From positions 1,824,001 through 1,888,000 of the forward strand of contig CAWIGG010000002.1 in the NCBI GenBank assembly GCA_963835575.1: a stretch of 64,000 nt of DNA. Reading direction: 5' to 3'. Source of the DNA: an uncultured Spirochaetota bacterium. GTDB taxonomy: Bacteria; Spirochaetota; Brevinematia; Brevinematales; JAOACQ01. Below, piece by piece: positions 29,743-39,337 of the stretch (position 1 is the stretch's first letter; each line of letters starts with the position of its first letter). The notes beneath the pieces are model-generated. The model was not told the DNA's origin and did no database searches. It saw only the letters and a program-made list of their open reading frames with translations. The position numbers were made by a program, and so were the translations under genes.

Positions 29743-30384
29743 TTACTCCCTGTAAAGGACCGGCTCCTCTGGAAATGATTCGCAGGATATTCTTTCTTCG
29801 GTAAACATTCTGATAACGGCCGGAAGCACTTTATGCTCTTTTTCCAGCACCCTGGCCGCCAGTTTCTCTTCGGTATCGCCGGGCTGTATCGGGACGCGGG
29901 CCTGCATGATCATCTTCCCGCCGTCCGTCACTTCATTCACAAAATGCACCGTACACCCCGCCTCTTTATCATGGGCTTCCAGCGCCTTCCGGTGTGTATG
30001 AAGGCCGGGATATTTAGGTAATAGAGAAGGGTGTATATTGATGATGCGGTTTGTAAAGCTGTTTATAAAATCCGGCTTTATAATCCTCATAAAACCGGCC
30101 AGGATTATCAAATCGGGTTTTTCTTTATTGATCCTTTTAATATAATTCATTTCGGCTTTGCCTTCAAGCTTTGTCCTGAACACTCCAGGGTTTAAATATT
30201 CCGCTTTAATTTTATGTTTGGTGCATATTTCAAGTGCTTTAGCCTCCGGATTATCGCTTAACACAAGTGCTATTTTAACGTTCTTTAAGGATCCGTTTTC
30301 TACAGCTTTTATAATCGCTTCCATGTTTGAGCCCCTGCCGGATACCAGAATAACGATTTTAAATATTTTCTGTGCCAAACACAT
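29743..30384 (-). CDS. purN: Phosphoribosylglycinamide formyltransferase
   Basis: LVSGRGSNM, LAGFMRII, INIHPSLLP, GCTVHFV. Confidence 0.96.
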   Translation of the reverse strand: MCLAQKIFKIVILVSGRGSNMEAIIKAVENGSLKNVKIALVLSDNPEAKALEICTKHKIKAEYLNPGVFRTKLEGKAEMNYIKRINKEKPDLIILAGFMRIIKPDFINSFTNRIINIHPSLLPKYPGLHTHRKALEAHDKEAGCTVHFVNEVTDGGKMIMQARVPIQPGDTEEKLAARVLEKEHKVLPAVIRMFTEERISCESFPEEPVLYRE

Positions 30385-30386
30385 AA

Positions 30387-31727
30387 TTATCTTCCTAAAA
30401 ACATATTGAAGATATCATTATAAGTGACAAGGACCGCAAGGATAATGATGCACACAAGCCCGACCATTTCAATAATCATCCTTACCCTTTCCGGCAGCTT
30501 TTTTCTTGTTATGAATTCCATTATGCTCAGGATAGCATGGCCTCCGTCAAAGCCAGGTATCGGCAGAAGGTTAAAAAAGCCCAGTGCCACGCTGATAAGC
30601 GCCATAAACCTCAGGAGTGTGGAGAAATCCGTTTTTGTCGCTATTTCTCCGGTTATCTGGAGAATACGCACCGGCCCGGCTATGCTTTTCTGGATATCAA
30701 TTTTTCCGAAGATAATAACGCCGAGGCTTTTAAGCGTTTCAACAAGAAATGTATTGGCCTGGTCAAAACCGTCTTTAAAAGCCATGAGAAATCCCTGTGA
30801 TCTGGTTGTTTTTGTGAATGTCGGGAAATTATTTGCCGGATTTACACCCAGATATCCCTTCCCCTCAAAGCGTGAGAGAAGGATTTTTTTAGTAAATAAA
30901 TTATTTGTATTTGAGATTGTTACCGTGACAAACTGGTTTGTCTTATTCTCAATATATTTTTCAATTTCATAATAATGAGCGATTTTTTTCCCGTCCAGCG
31001 CTGTAATCTCATCACCGGGCTGAATACCGGCCGCGGATGCCGGCGAATTGGATGTCACTGATCCCACTGTATTATAATAGAAGGGAGTCACGCCGATATA
31101 GTTCATTCCCTTTTCCTTGCTGAAGCGCGGAGCGAATCTGGAATGGTTTGTCGTATTATTCCTTAAAAAGGAAATTTCCATTTCCCTGTCCATGCTTAAG
31201 CCGATAACGCGGGGTATGTCGTTATAGCTTTCGATTTTTGTTCCGCCGAGGGACAGGATCGTATCGCCTGACCGCAGGCCGGATAACTGGGCCGGGGTCG
31301 GTTTTCCACCCGCGTCTTTCTCTAATACGGCCACCTGTGAAGTAATTAGTGTCTCCTTATAACCCGCCAGCAGAACAAAAGCCATAACAATCACGGCAAA
31401 TATATAGTTGAAGACAGGTCCTCCAAGAACTGTCGCCAGTCTTGAGAGAGCCGGCCTGTTGTACATGGCCCTGGCATCATTTACGGCTCCGGTTTCCCTG
31501 TCTTTGGATTCCTCGCCGCGCATCTTGCAGTAGCCCCCGAAGGGAATGATTGCTATGCGGTAATGCGTCTCACCGATGTTAAACCCGATCAGTTCTTTTC
31601 CGAAACCGATGGAAAAAGTGTCCACTCCGATCCCGTTTATCTTTGCCATAATAAAATGACCGAATTCATGCACAAAGACCAATACTCCCAGAACAGGCAG
31701 CGCAATAATAAAATCTAACACATTCAT
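30387..31727 (-). CDS. rseP: RIP metalloprotease RseP (site-2 protease with PDZ domains)
   Basis: HEFGHF, GGYCKM, PDZ motif SPASAAGIQPGD, NLLPIPGFDGG; start at 31727 (GGAGG upstream). Confidence 0.95.
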   Translation of the reverse strand: MNVLDFIIALPVLGVLVFVHEFGHFIMAKINGIGVDTFSIGFGKELIGFNIGETHYRIAIIPFGGYCKMRGEESKDRETGAVNDARAMYNRPALSRLATVLGGPVFNYIFAVIVMAFVLLAGYKETLITSQVAVLEKDAGGKPTPAQLSGLRSGDTILSLGGTKIESYNDIPRVIGLSMDREMEISFLRNNTTNHSRFAPRFSKEKGMNYIGVTPFYYNTVGSVTSNSPASAAGIQPGDEITALDGKKIAHYYEIEKYIENKTNQFVTVTISNTNNLFTKKILLSRFEGKGYLGVNPANNFPTFTKTTRSQGFLMAFKDGFDQANTFLVETLKSLGVIIFGKIDIQKSIAGPVRILQITGEIATKTDFSTLLRFMALISVALGFFNLLPIPGFDGGHAILSIMEFITRKKLPERVRMIIEMVGLVCIIILAVLVTYNDIFNMFLGR

Positions 31728-31909
31728 TAACTGACCTCCAAATCTGAACACATGATTTTATGGTAAAGCTTTATTTTGGTCAAGATAAAGAGCGTGAAGC
31801 AAAAAGCTATACAGGCACCCCTCTCCAATGGTTCCCAAGCGGAGCTTGCAGTGAGCCTGTCGAGCCTGCCGTCTATGATAAAAGTCAAGTGTTTTTTAAA
31901 AATTATTTT

Positions 31910-32995
31910 TTATGCCGCCTTTTTTAATATTCTTTCATATTCATTCATTTTGGTCTTATGATTTTCTTGGTCAATATATCTGTAATATTCTCCATTTTTC
32001 AGCATCCAATATATAGCGACAAGTACCTTTCTTACTAAAGCAACTCTCGCTTTGCCTTTAGTCTTGCCCTTACTCTTCTTTAAATAAAACAAATCCATCT
32101 TCCGGCTTGATTTCCTGAAATGATTTATGGATTCCACCATTAAGGTCATCGTTAAATAACGCGATTGTTTGTTTAGATGACCTATTTTTACTGTATTACC
32201 GGATGCGTCTATACCCGGTGCTGCCCTGAGATATGAACAGAAATGCTTCACGTTTTTGAATCGGTTGATATCAACAACATCTGCCATAATCCCGATTGCC
32301 ATAAAAATGCTTATCCCCATTATACTGACAAGCAGATCTATTTCTTTCTGGAACATCTTACCCGCTATCATTATCTGCTTTTTTGTCTCTTCCATTTTAT
32401 TCTCTAAGAAATTGATTATGCTTAAGAGTGATTCTATTTCCGCTCTGACAGTGTCGCTCATCTTGGCGGAAGTAAGATTTTTCTGCACATTCTGATATGA
32501 TAAGTTTGCTTTTTTAAATCCGAATATCCCGTTTTGTTTCAACAAAGAGCGGATCATATTTTTATTCATATTCTTCTGTCTTTTATATATGTCATATACC
32601 GTGAATAAACTTCTGACCTCCCGAACTTCCTTAGCCGGCATATATACCAGAGGAAACTCAACATCAGATGGATTGAATAAAATATAATACTTCAGTCTGG
32701 CGGCTATCTTTTCCGCGTCAATCTTATCCGTCTTCTTATTCGTTCGGTAGATGGTCGAAAACTTCCAGGTATTAATGATATAACACTCCTTGACAAGGTC
32801 CTTGATCTGGTCAATGAACCAGAAAGCGTTTGTTGTGGATTCCACCGCTACATAATCCTCTTTTGTCACTATTCTCTTGAACTTGCCGAAATACTCCGGC
32901 AATAAAGAGCAGCTCATTCTTTTTGGAACAATCCCTGTGTTATCAAAGCAAGCTGCTTTAAAGTTTTCATCTCCCGGGTCTACTCCGTAAAACAT
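31910..32995 (-). CDS. IS110-family DEDD transposase/recombinase
   Basis: YGVD, VAVES, KTDKID (DEDD); LVSIMGIS; APGIDASG (catalytic-Ser loop); start reassigned to ATG 32995 with GGAGGA SD. Confidence 0.93.
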   Translation of the reverse strand: MFYGVDPGDENFKAACFDNTGIVPKRMSCSLLPEYFGKFKRIVTKEDYVAVESTTNAFWFIDQIKDLVKECYIINTWKFSTIYRTNKKTDKIDAEKIAARLKYYILFNPSDVEFPLVYMPAKEVREVRSLFTVYDIYKRQKNMNKNMIRSLLKQNGIFGFKKANLSYQNVQKNLTSAKMSDTVRAEIESLLSIINFLENKMEETKKQIMIAGKMFQKEIDLLVSIMGISIFMAIGIMADVVDINRFKNVKHFCSYLRAAPGIDASGNTVKIGHLNKQSRYLTMTLMVESINHFRKSSRKMDLFYLKKSKGKTKGKARVALVRKVLVAIYWMLKNGEYYRYIDQENHKTKMNEYERILKKAA

Positions 32996-33049
32996 TTGAC
33001 ATCCTCCAACTATCGTAGTAAAATACCTTTGAGGATCAAAAATTATCCT

Positions 33050-33280
33050 TCGGTTAAATAAAGGATAAACCTTGACGGGCTGAAAGGCAGCCATTCGTCT
33101 ATTCGGGTTCGGGAGATTCCTCAATTTTATCTCCAGTCCCATTTTGTTGGTAAGGAAGAAGGCTGGACTAAACGAAGGATCGGGCTCCTGACAGGATTTC
33201 TATCCTGGCATCATAATGTCCCAGACAGGCTCCCAGCCTTCTTCTGTCTTATTAATACCTCTACAGTATTTCCTAAAGAC
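33050..33280 (-). ncRNA. Candidate IS110 bridge/seek RNA (boundaries approximate)
   Basis: 12-bp stem 33155-33166/33233-33244 encloses GAGCCTGTC and TCCTTCG (target matches); a second loop contains ATAGACG (donor-junction match). Confidence 0.7.
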
Positions 33281-33477
33281 AGATTATACCTTTCTTCCTT
33301 ATCCGTCAAGTCTTTCTATTCCTTTTATCATAACAGCGAAGGGATGGGATGGGAAGGGGTGAGGCCAGTTATTATTTTGATTAAAATTGACAATCAAAAT
33401 CCAAGCTTGTAAAATATCATTCAATAGTGATAAAATAATTTATAATTCCTATTTATTACACATCGATTGGAGGAGAT

Positions 33478-35166
33478 ATGCGCCTTGCAGGCCAGGATAT
33501 ATGGTTGTTTATTCTTATTATATTCTTATCTTTTTCGGCAATCATAGTATTTTTTTATTTATACAAAACAAAAATCATTAACAAAATATTCTCGGAATCT
33601 CAGCGGGAGCTTCTTTTATCCAACCTCAATTTCCGCAGCCGTTTTTTGAAGATTGTCCTGATCATCACGGCTTTGTTTTTCATCTCTTTTTCGCTCCTGG
33701 ATCCCCGCTGGGGTACAAAAAATGTCCAGGCAAGCATCGAAGGCATCGATGTCGTATTTATCATGGACGTTTCCCGGAGCATGCTGACGCCGGATACCGT
33801 TCCCAACAGGCTCGAGGCCTCAAGAAAATTCGCTCTCCAGCTGATGAGCCTGCTTGTGGGAAACCGAATCGGCATAACGGCCTTTGCCGGCTTTGCCTTC
33901 AATGTCATCCCGCTGACGACAGACTTCGACGCGGCGGCGCTTTTTATAAACGAGCTTTCACCTGATATGATCGATATACAGGGTTCAAACTTGGAAGACG
34001 CGCTCAAAAAGGCGCTGGAACTTTTTGAAAAAGAAGCCCTCACTCATAAAGCGATTGTCATCTTTACAGACGGTGAAGACTATGAGTTTTCTCCTCTCAA
34101 AGAGGTAAACAGCATAAAGGAAAAAGGCATTTCCATCTTTACGGTAGGAATCGGTACGCCCGGCGGCGGGCAGATCCCTCTTTATGATGAAAATGGAAAG
34201 TTAACCGATTATCTGAAAAAGGACGGACAGATTGTCATATCCCGGCTGAATGAAGCCCTGCTTACCCGGATTTCCGAAGAAACAAAAGGGGCCTATCTTG
34301 CGGGCAGCGACAATTCGATCATAGAACTTGCCAGGAAACTTGATGAGATTAAAAAAACACAATTCGGCTCCAGCATTTATGATTTTATGGAACCCCAGTT
34401 TCAATATTTTCTCCTGATCGGGATCCTGCTGCTCTTCATATTCCTGTTTCTTCCTGAAAGAAGAATAATTTTCAACCGTTTTACGCTGATATTTTTCATA
34501 CTCTTTTCAAGTATAATTTTCAGCCGGCCTGCTTTCGCATCTGACGCTTCAAAAGGATGCAGAGAGTACCAAAAAGCTAATTATGAGGATGCTCTCAAGC
34601 TTTTTCAAAAATCCATCGTGAAAGACCCGAAAAATGAAAAGCTCCGCTTTAATGAAGGAGATAACTTTTACCAGCTCCAGCAGTTTGACAAAGCCGGCGA
34701 ATCCTTCAGCGCGCTGACAAACTCAAAAAACAAGGAACTCGGAGCCGGGGCTCTCTATAATATGGGTAATTCATACCTGGAAAAACAGGATTATGCCGGA
34801 GCGATCCGGTCTTATAAAAAAATCCTGGAAGATTCCGACGTTTCTTCTGAAATCTACAAGAAAGCCCTTCAGAATTTTGTTTACGCAAAACAGCATCTGA
34901 TGCTGAAAAATCATGACCAAAATCAGTCAAAAGATCAAAATAAGGATAAAAACAAAAAACAAAATGAAAAAGAAAATCCCAAAGATAAATCAAATAAGAA
35001 CAATAATCAGAAAAATAAAGAACAGCAGCAGCAGGTCCGGCAAAAGCCTGTCAGCCCTTCTGAAATAGAAAATCTATTGAATCTCATTGAGGAAGAGGAA
35101 AAAAAGCACCTGAGTGAAAAAGAAAAAACGAAAGGGATCAGGGTTTACCCGAAAAACGAATGGTAG
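33478..35166 (+). CDS. vWA + TPR membrane protein (BatB/BatC-like fusion)
   Basis: DVSRSM MIDAS motif, PLTTD, FTDGED, GIGT; TPRs (ALYNMGNSY); Q/K/N-rich linker. Confidence 0.88.
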   Translation: MRLAGQDIWLFILIIFLSFSAIIVFFYLYKTKIINKIFSESQRELLLSNLNFRSRFLKIVLIITALFFISFSLLDPRWGTKNVQASIEGIDVVFIMDVSRSMLTPDTVPNRLEASRKFALQLMSLLVGNRIGITAFAGFAFNVIPLTTDFDAAALFINELSPDMIDIQGSNLEDALKKALELFEKEALTHKAIVIFTDGEDYEFSPLKEVNSIKEKGISIFTVGIGTPGGGQIPLYDENGKLTDYLKKDGQIVISRLNEALLTRISEETKGAYLAGSDNSIIELARKLDEIKKTQFGSSIYDFMEPQFQYFLLIGILLLFIFLFLPERRIIFNRFTLIFFILFSSIIFSRPAFASDASKGCREYQKANYEDALKLFQKSIVKDPKNEKLRFNEGDNFYQLQQFDKAGESFSALTNSKNKELGAGALYNMGNSYLEKQDYAGAIRSYKKILEDSDVSSEIYKKALQNFVYAKQHLMLKNHDQNQSKDQNKDKNKKQNEKENPKDKSNKNNNQKNKEQQQQVRQKPVSPSEIENLLNLIEEEEKKHLSEKEKTKGIRVYPKNEW

Positions 35167-35353
35167 TGCAGTTCCAAAAACCCAAATTATTTTGGAACTG
35201 CACTGAGTTAAATAAACTTTTTGGTTTATATATATACCGCTGTCCCTCACCATTTTGTCAGGCTGCGCCGGTGGAGCTCAAAAAATGGTGAGGGACAGCA
35301 AAATACAGAACAACATTGGCAGTTCTAAAAATGCGAATTTTTTGAACTGCCCT
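35164..35353. repeat. Cluster of three palindromes between convergent genes
   Basis: agtgcagttccaaaa..ttttggaactgcact; gctgtccctcaccatttt..aaaatggtgagggacagc; ggcagttctaaaa..ttttgaactgcc. Confidence 0.85.
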
Positions 35354-36635
35354 TAGCCATCCTCTTTTTTATTGACTCTGCATGGGCCTGCAGCTCCTCG
35401 AACTCTGCCATGGCCGCGATTTCATTTCCATTTTCTTTTATATATTTCTTTGTGAGCGATATAAAGCTTGTCCTCTTGACAAAATCATATACTCCCAGGG
35501 GAGATGAGAAGACAGCCGTCCCGTTTGTCGGAATGACATGGTTCGGGCCAGCGTAATAATCGCCCGAAGCGACAGGAGACCAGTTCCCTATGAATAGTGC
35601 GCCGGCGTTCTGAATACGGGATATGATTTTATTTGCATCCATTTTAATCATCACCTCGACATGCTCCGGGGCTATCCTGTTCACAATATCAAATCCCTCA
35701 TCATAATTTCCGACAGTCACGGCATAGGCGTTTTCGTTAATCGATTTTTTAATCAGTTCATTCCTGGGCAGATCCGGAATAATTTCAGCGAGGGCTTTTT
35801 CAGTTTTATGTATGAGATTTTCTGAGGTTGATATCAGTATGACAGTATTATCACCTGTATGTTCGGCCTGGGCGCAGAGGTCAAGAGCGATCCAATCCGG
35901 ATTTGCCGAATCATCGGCAAATATCACAACCTCGCTCGGGCCGGCTATTGAATCGATGCCGACATGCCCCATCACAAGAAGTTTTGCCGCGGCGACATAA
36001 ATATTCCCGGGGCCCATTATTTTTGAGACGGCGGGAACCGTTTCCGTTCCGTAAGCCATGGCCGCGATGGCCTGCGCCCCGCCTGTCTTAAAAATACGGG
36101 TGACTCCAAGCTCGGCGGCTAACGCTATTGACAGCGGGTTTTTAATCCTGCCGTCCCGGCCCGGGGGTGTTGAAATATAGATTTCCGGAACACCCGCTAT
36201 TTTAGCCGGGATGACATTCATCAGTACAGTTGAAGGATAGAAGGCGGAGCCTCCCGGCACATATAGCCCCGCTCTTTCGAGCGGGCTGAATTTCATCCCG
36301 TAAAGACAGCCTTTTTTTTTATATAAAAAGCCCTCTTCCTTCTGCTTTTTATGAAATTCACGAATGTTCTTTGCCGCGTTGAGAAAATAACGGGAAACAT
36401 CAGAATAATTTTTTTCGGTCAATTCCCTCGCTTCCTCAATTTCCTTTTCAGTGACAGCAATCGAATAATCATGCGCTTCAACTTTATCAAATTTCCGGGC
36501 GTATTCAATCAGAGCGGCATCGCCGTTTTTCCTGACATTCTCTATCACTTCCGCCGCAATATCAAAATATTTCTGCTCAATTTCATTCATGCTTCTTTTA
36601 TAATTTTTCAATTCCGAATAAGACATCCTTTTCAT
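35325..36635 (-). CDS. hisD: Histidinol dehydrogenase
   Basis: GLYVPGG, GGAQAIAAMAYG, GPGNIYV, AGPSE, AQAEH, APEH, GDYYAGPNHVIPT. Confidence 0.97.
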   Translation of the reverse strand: MKRMSYSELKNYKRSMNEIEQKYFDIAAEVIENVRKNGDAALIEYARKFDKVEAHDYSIAVTEKEIEEARELTEKNYSDVSRYFLNAAKNIREFHKKQKEEGFLYKKKGCLYGMKFSPLERAGLYVPGGSAFYPSTVLMNVIPAKIAGVPEIYISTPPGRDGRIKNPLSIALAAELGVTRIFKTGGAQAIAAMAYGTETVPAVSKIMGPGNIYVAAAKLLVMGHVGIDSIAGPSEVVIFADDSANPDWIALDLCAQAEHTGDNTVILISTSENLIHKTEKALAEIIPDLPRNELIKKSINENAYAVTVGNYDEGFDIVNRIAPEHVEVMIKMDANKIISRIQNAGALFIGNWSPVASGDYYAGPNHVIPTNGTAVFSSPLGVYDFVKRTSFISLTKKYIKENGNEIAAMAEFEELQAHAESIKKRMAKGSSKNSHF

Positions 36636-36837
36636 AAAAACTCCTTGAATCTCTTTGATATTACTAATCTATTTAGTTTAAAATAATCTGAAGCTTTAGT
36701 CAAAATGAGACCATGTATTCTTTGTTTTAAACATAAAATATTTGCCATTTCCCATATATTTTATTATATTATTCAAATAATATACTGAATATCCTTTTTT
36801 TAAAAAAAGATCGGTTATTCAATCAAAGGAGTTTTTT

Positions 36838-37365
36838 ATGCGTAAAGTTATTATAATAGTGATTATAGTTGCTGTTTTTGCCTCTGTAACGGCATTTGTT
36901 GTGTTAAGCGGAAAGAATAACAAAACCGGCAATAATAAGCAAACCGCTTCTGTGTCCGCGCCGGATTTCTCGGAGCTGGATCTATTCGGAAAAGACATGA
37001 TTTCGTTAAAAAGCTATTCCAATAAGGTCATTCTCCTTAATTTCTGGGCTACATGGTGCCCGCCCTGCAAAGCCGAAATACCCGACCTGATCCGGCTCTA
37101 CAACCAGTACAAGGGCAAATTCATCATCATCGGGATTTCAGTCGACCAGACCGGGGCCGATACAGTCCGTGAATTCTATAAGAATTATAAAATGAATTAC
37201 CCGGTTATCATGGCTACTTCCGGAATACTTCAAAATTACGGCGGCATCACCGCGATTCCGACATCATTTCTTATCAGCCCTGACGGCAAACTCATCAAGA
37301 CCATTGTCGGCTACCGGAGTAAAGACCAGTATGAGGCTGAAATAAAACCGTATCTGCCGAAGTAA
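36838..37365 (+). CDS. TlpA/ResA-like thiol-disulfide oxidoreductase
   Basis: NFWATWCPPC; N-terminal membrane anchor. Confidence 0.93.
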   Translation: MRKVIIIVIIVAVFASVTAFVVLSGKNNKTGNNKQTASVSAPDFSELDLFGKDMISLKSYSNKVILLNFWATWCPPCKAEIPDLIRLYNQYKGKFIIIGISVDQTGADTVREFYKNYKMNYPVIMATSGILQNYGGITAIPTSFLISPDGKLIKTIVGYRSKDQYEAEIKPYLPK

Positions 37366-37455
37366 TTGATCCGGTTCATATATCCCTGATTTCTCAAAAG
37401 TTTATTTAAGCATACCATTATTTAATATTCCAAAAATAATATTATTTTAAACTTC

Positions 37456-37484
37456 TTGACAAGCATATTATATCGATATATAAT
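37456..37484 (+). promoter_or_regulatory. Consensus sigma-70 promoter of the padR operon, overlapped by palindromes
   Basis: TTGACA-N17-TATAAT; overlapping atattatatcgatatataatat and adjacent tatatcgttctgatata. Confidence 0.8.
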
Positions 37485-37523
37485 ATATCGTTCTGATATA
37501 TTGCATTTTGATAGGAAGTTATT

Positions 37524-38042
37524 ATGATAGAATTTATTATCCTCGGTTTTCTCATGGATAAAAAGATGAGCGGATATGAAATCAAACAGTTTATGACCAA
37601 CAGCACAGCTTATTTTTTTAACGCCAGCTACGGCAGCATATACCCTTTGCTTAAAAATCTGGAAAAGAAAAACTGGATACAATCGGAAGAAGTGGTGGAA
37701 GGCGGCAAATATAAAAAAATATATACAATACTGGAAAGCGGTAAAAAGGAATTCCTGCAATGGCTTTCCCTGCCGATAGAAAAGTCGAAAGAAAACGGAA
37801 GTCCTCTTATTAAAATCTTCTTTTATAACTTTCTGCCGAAAGAAAAAGTGATTTCACTTTTAACACATTTCATCTGTAATCTCCGGAAGCAAAAGAAAGA
37901 ACTTGAGGAACTGGAGCCCGTTATTTCTCCCATAGCTGATCAATACCAGCTTTTAATCCACCAGTACGGCAAGGATTTTTATCAGTTTATGGCAGACTGG
38001 TATGAAAATTATTTAAAAGAATTGAAGAGCAAGGAGAAATAA
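37524..38042 (+). CDS. PadR-family transcriptional regulator
   Basis: ILGFL..MSGYEIKQ, ASYGSIYPLLKNLE, KKIYTILESGK. Confidence 0.93.
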   Translation: MIEFIILGFLMDKKMSGYEIKQFMTNSTAYFFNASYGSIYPLLKNLEKKNWIQSEEVVEGGKYKKIYTILESGKKEFLQWLSLPIEKSKENGSPLIKIFFYNFLPKEKVISLLTHFICNLRKQKKELEELEPVISPIADQYQLLIHQYGKDFYQFMADWYENYLKELKSKEK

Positions 38043-38043
38043 T

Positions 38044-38859
38044 ATGCCTGAAATGTCCGCCTCTCTGCGGTATTTTACAGGCACCGGAAATTCCTGGAGG
38101 GTCCTGGATACCTGCAGGGAAATTCTGGAAAAAAGAGGCTATTCCGTCACCAACCGTATCATAACACGGCCGGACGCCGAGCCTCTAAAGGATTCTTCCC
38201 TGACAGGCTTCTGTTTCCCTGTTTACGCCCTAGGCATTCCCAGAATAGCGCGGAATTACCTGAGATCTCTCAATAATACAACTCCAGGAACAAAAGCATT
38301 TATTTTCGTGACAGGAGCACATCCGAAGCCGGGCGGCAATTGCGGATGGGCGCTTGTTGAAAGCCGGAAAATCCTGGAAAGCAAGGGTTATCATGTCGCC
38401 TATACCGAACTGTTTGTTATGCCCGACAATTATCTTCCTTTTGATGAAATACTTTCACATGATGAAGCCGCGGCTGTGAACGCAATAGCGGAAAAAGAAG
38501 TGCGGGATCATATGGAAAAAATCCTCTGCGGGGAAGAATACCACAAGCCGCTGGACCTTCACGTTTTCGGTCCCCTGCTTTCAAGGATTACGCGTTTTGC
38601 CTTCCATAAAATCGGCATCCGCAGAGCATGGCAGATGTTCAACTCAACAAAGGAATGTTCTTCATGCGGCATCTGTGAAAAATACTGCCCCGTTAAAGCC
38701 GTGCGCCTTGTAAAAGGCAGGCCGCAATGGAACAGAGCCTGCGAGCAGTGCATGCGCTGCATCAACTATTGCCCGGAAAAAGCGATCCGACAGTTCTGGC
38801 TCGGCAAAAATAAAAACCGTTATCATGAGCCGCATTTTAAACCGGCGGAAAACTCATAA
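38044..38859 (+). CDS. EFR1-like flavodoxin/ferredoxin fusion
   Basis: YFTGTGNS, FPVY; CSSCGICEKYCP and CEQCMRCINYCP. Confidence 0.88.
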   Translation: MPEMSASLRYFTGTGNSWRVLDTCREILEKRGYSVTNRIITRPDAEPLKDSSLTGFCFPVYALGIPRIARNYLRSLNNTTPGTKAFIFVTGAHPKPGGNCGWALVESRKILESKGYHVAYTELFVMPDNYLPFDEILSHDEAAAVNAIAEKEVRDHMEKILCGEEYHKPLDLHVFGPLLSRITRFAFHKIGIRRAWQMFNSTKECSSCGICEKYCPVKAVRLVKGRPQWNRACEQCMRCINYCPEKAIRQFWLGKNKNRYHEPHFKPAENS

Positions 38860-38891
38860 GAATTTATTATTCTTATCCTGACGGAGGGTAT

Positions 38892-39275
38892 ATGAAAAAG
38901 GAACAATTAAATAGAATGACTGCTGTTTTTCTTCTTGCCGGCGCCGTTTGCCTTGTGCTTATCTGGGTTATTTTCTTTTTAACAGGAATAACAACTGATT
39001 TCTTTTCTCATTTCGGATTCCATAATCTATTCTTAATGATCGCTGAAATGATAACCGCAGTAATGATGGCCGCTGCCGGGACCGGGATTTTAAAAAAGAA
39101 GCTTTGGGCTGAAGGAATGAAATACCTCGCTCTGGGCATGCTCTCATACGCCCTCATACTGGGCACAGGCCAGTTTTTAGAAAGCGGAATATATATCGTT
39201 GTCATTTTATTTTTACTGGTTTTATCTGCCGCACTGGTTATTTTATACCTTAACCTTTTCAGGAAAAAAGAATAA
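38892..39275 (+). CDS. Hypothetical 4-TM membrane protein
   Basis: Hydrophobic ORF with GGAGG SD, within the operon. Confidence 0.7.
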   Translation: MKKEQLNRMTAVFLLAGAVCLVLIWVIFFLTGITTDFFSHFGFHNLFLMIAEMITAVMMAAAGTGILKKKLWAEGMKYLALGMLSYALILGTGQFLESGIYIVVILFLLVLSAALVILYLNLFRKKE

Positions 39276-39337
39276 CAGCTCTTTATATTGACTGACTTTA
39301 ATATATCAAAAAAACTATTTATTAACAGGAGTAATAT

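Larger units (their letters stand above)
31870..33338 (-). mobile_element. Complete IS110-family element inserted into a REP-like sequence
   Basis: CG core at 31870-71 and 33337-38; subterminal IRs tatgataaaag (31874-84) and cttttatcata (33322-32); the empty site reconstructs to GAGCCTGC-CG-AAGGGA. Confidence 0.88.

Noticed and set aside
32996..33142. 49-aa N-terminal extension of the IS110 ORF in the track (start 33142)
   Set aside because: The first catalytic Asp motif follows ATG 32995, which has a strong SD; the extension overlaps the structured non-coding end
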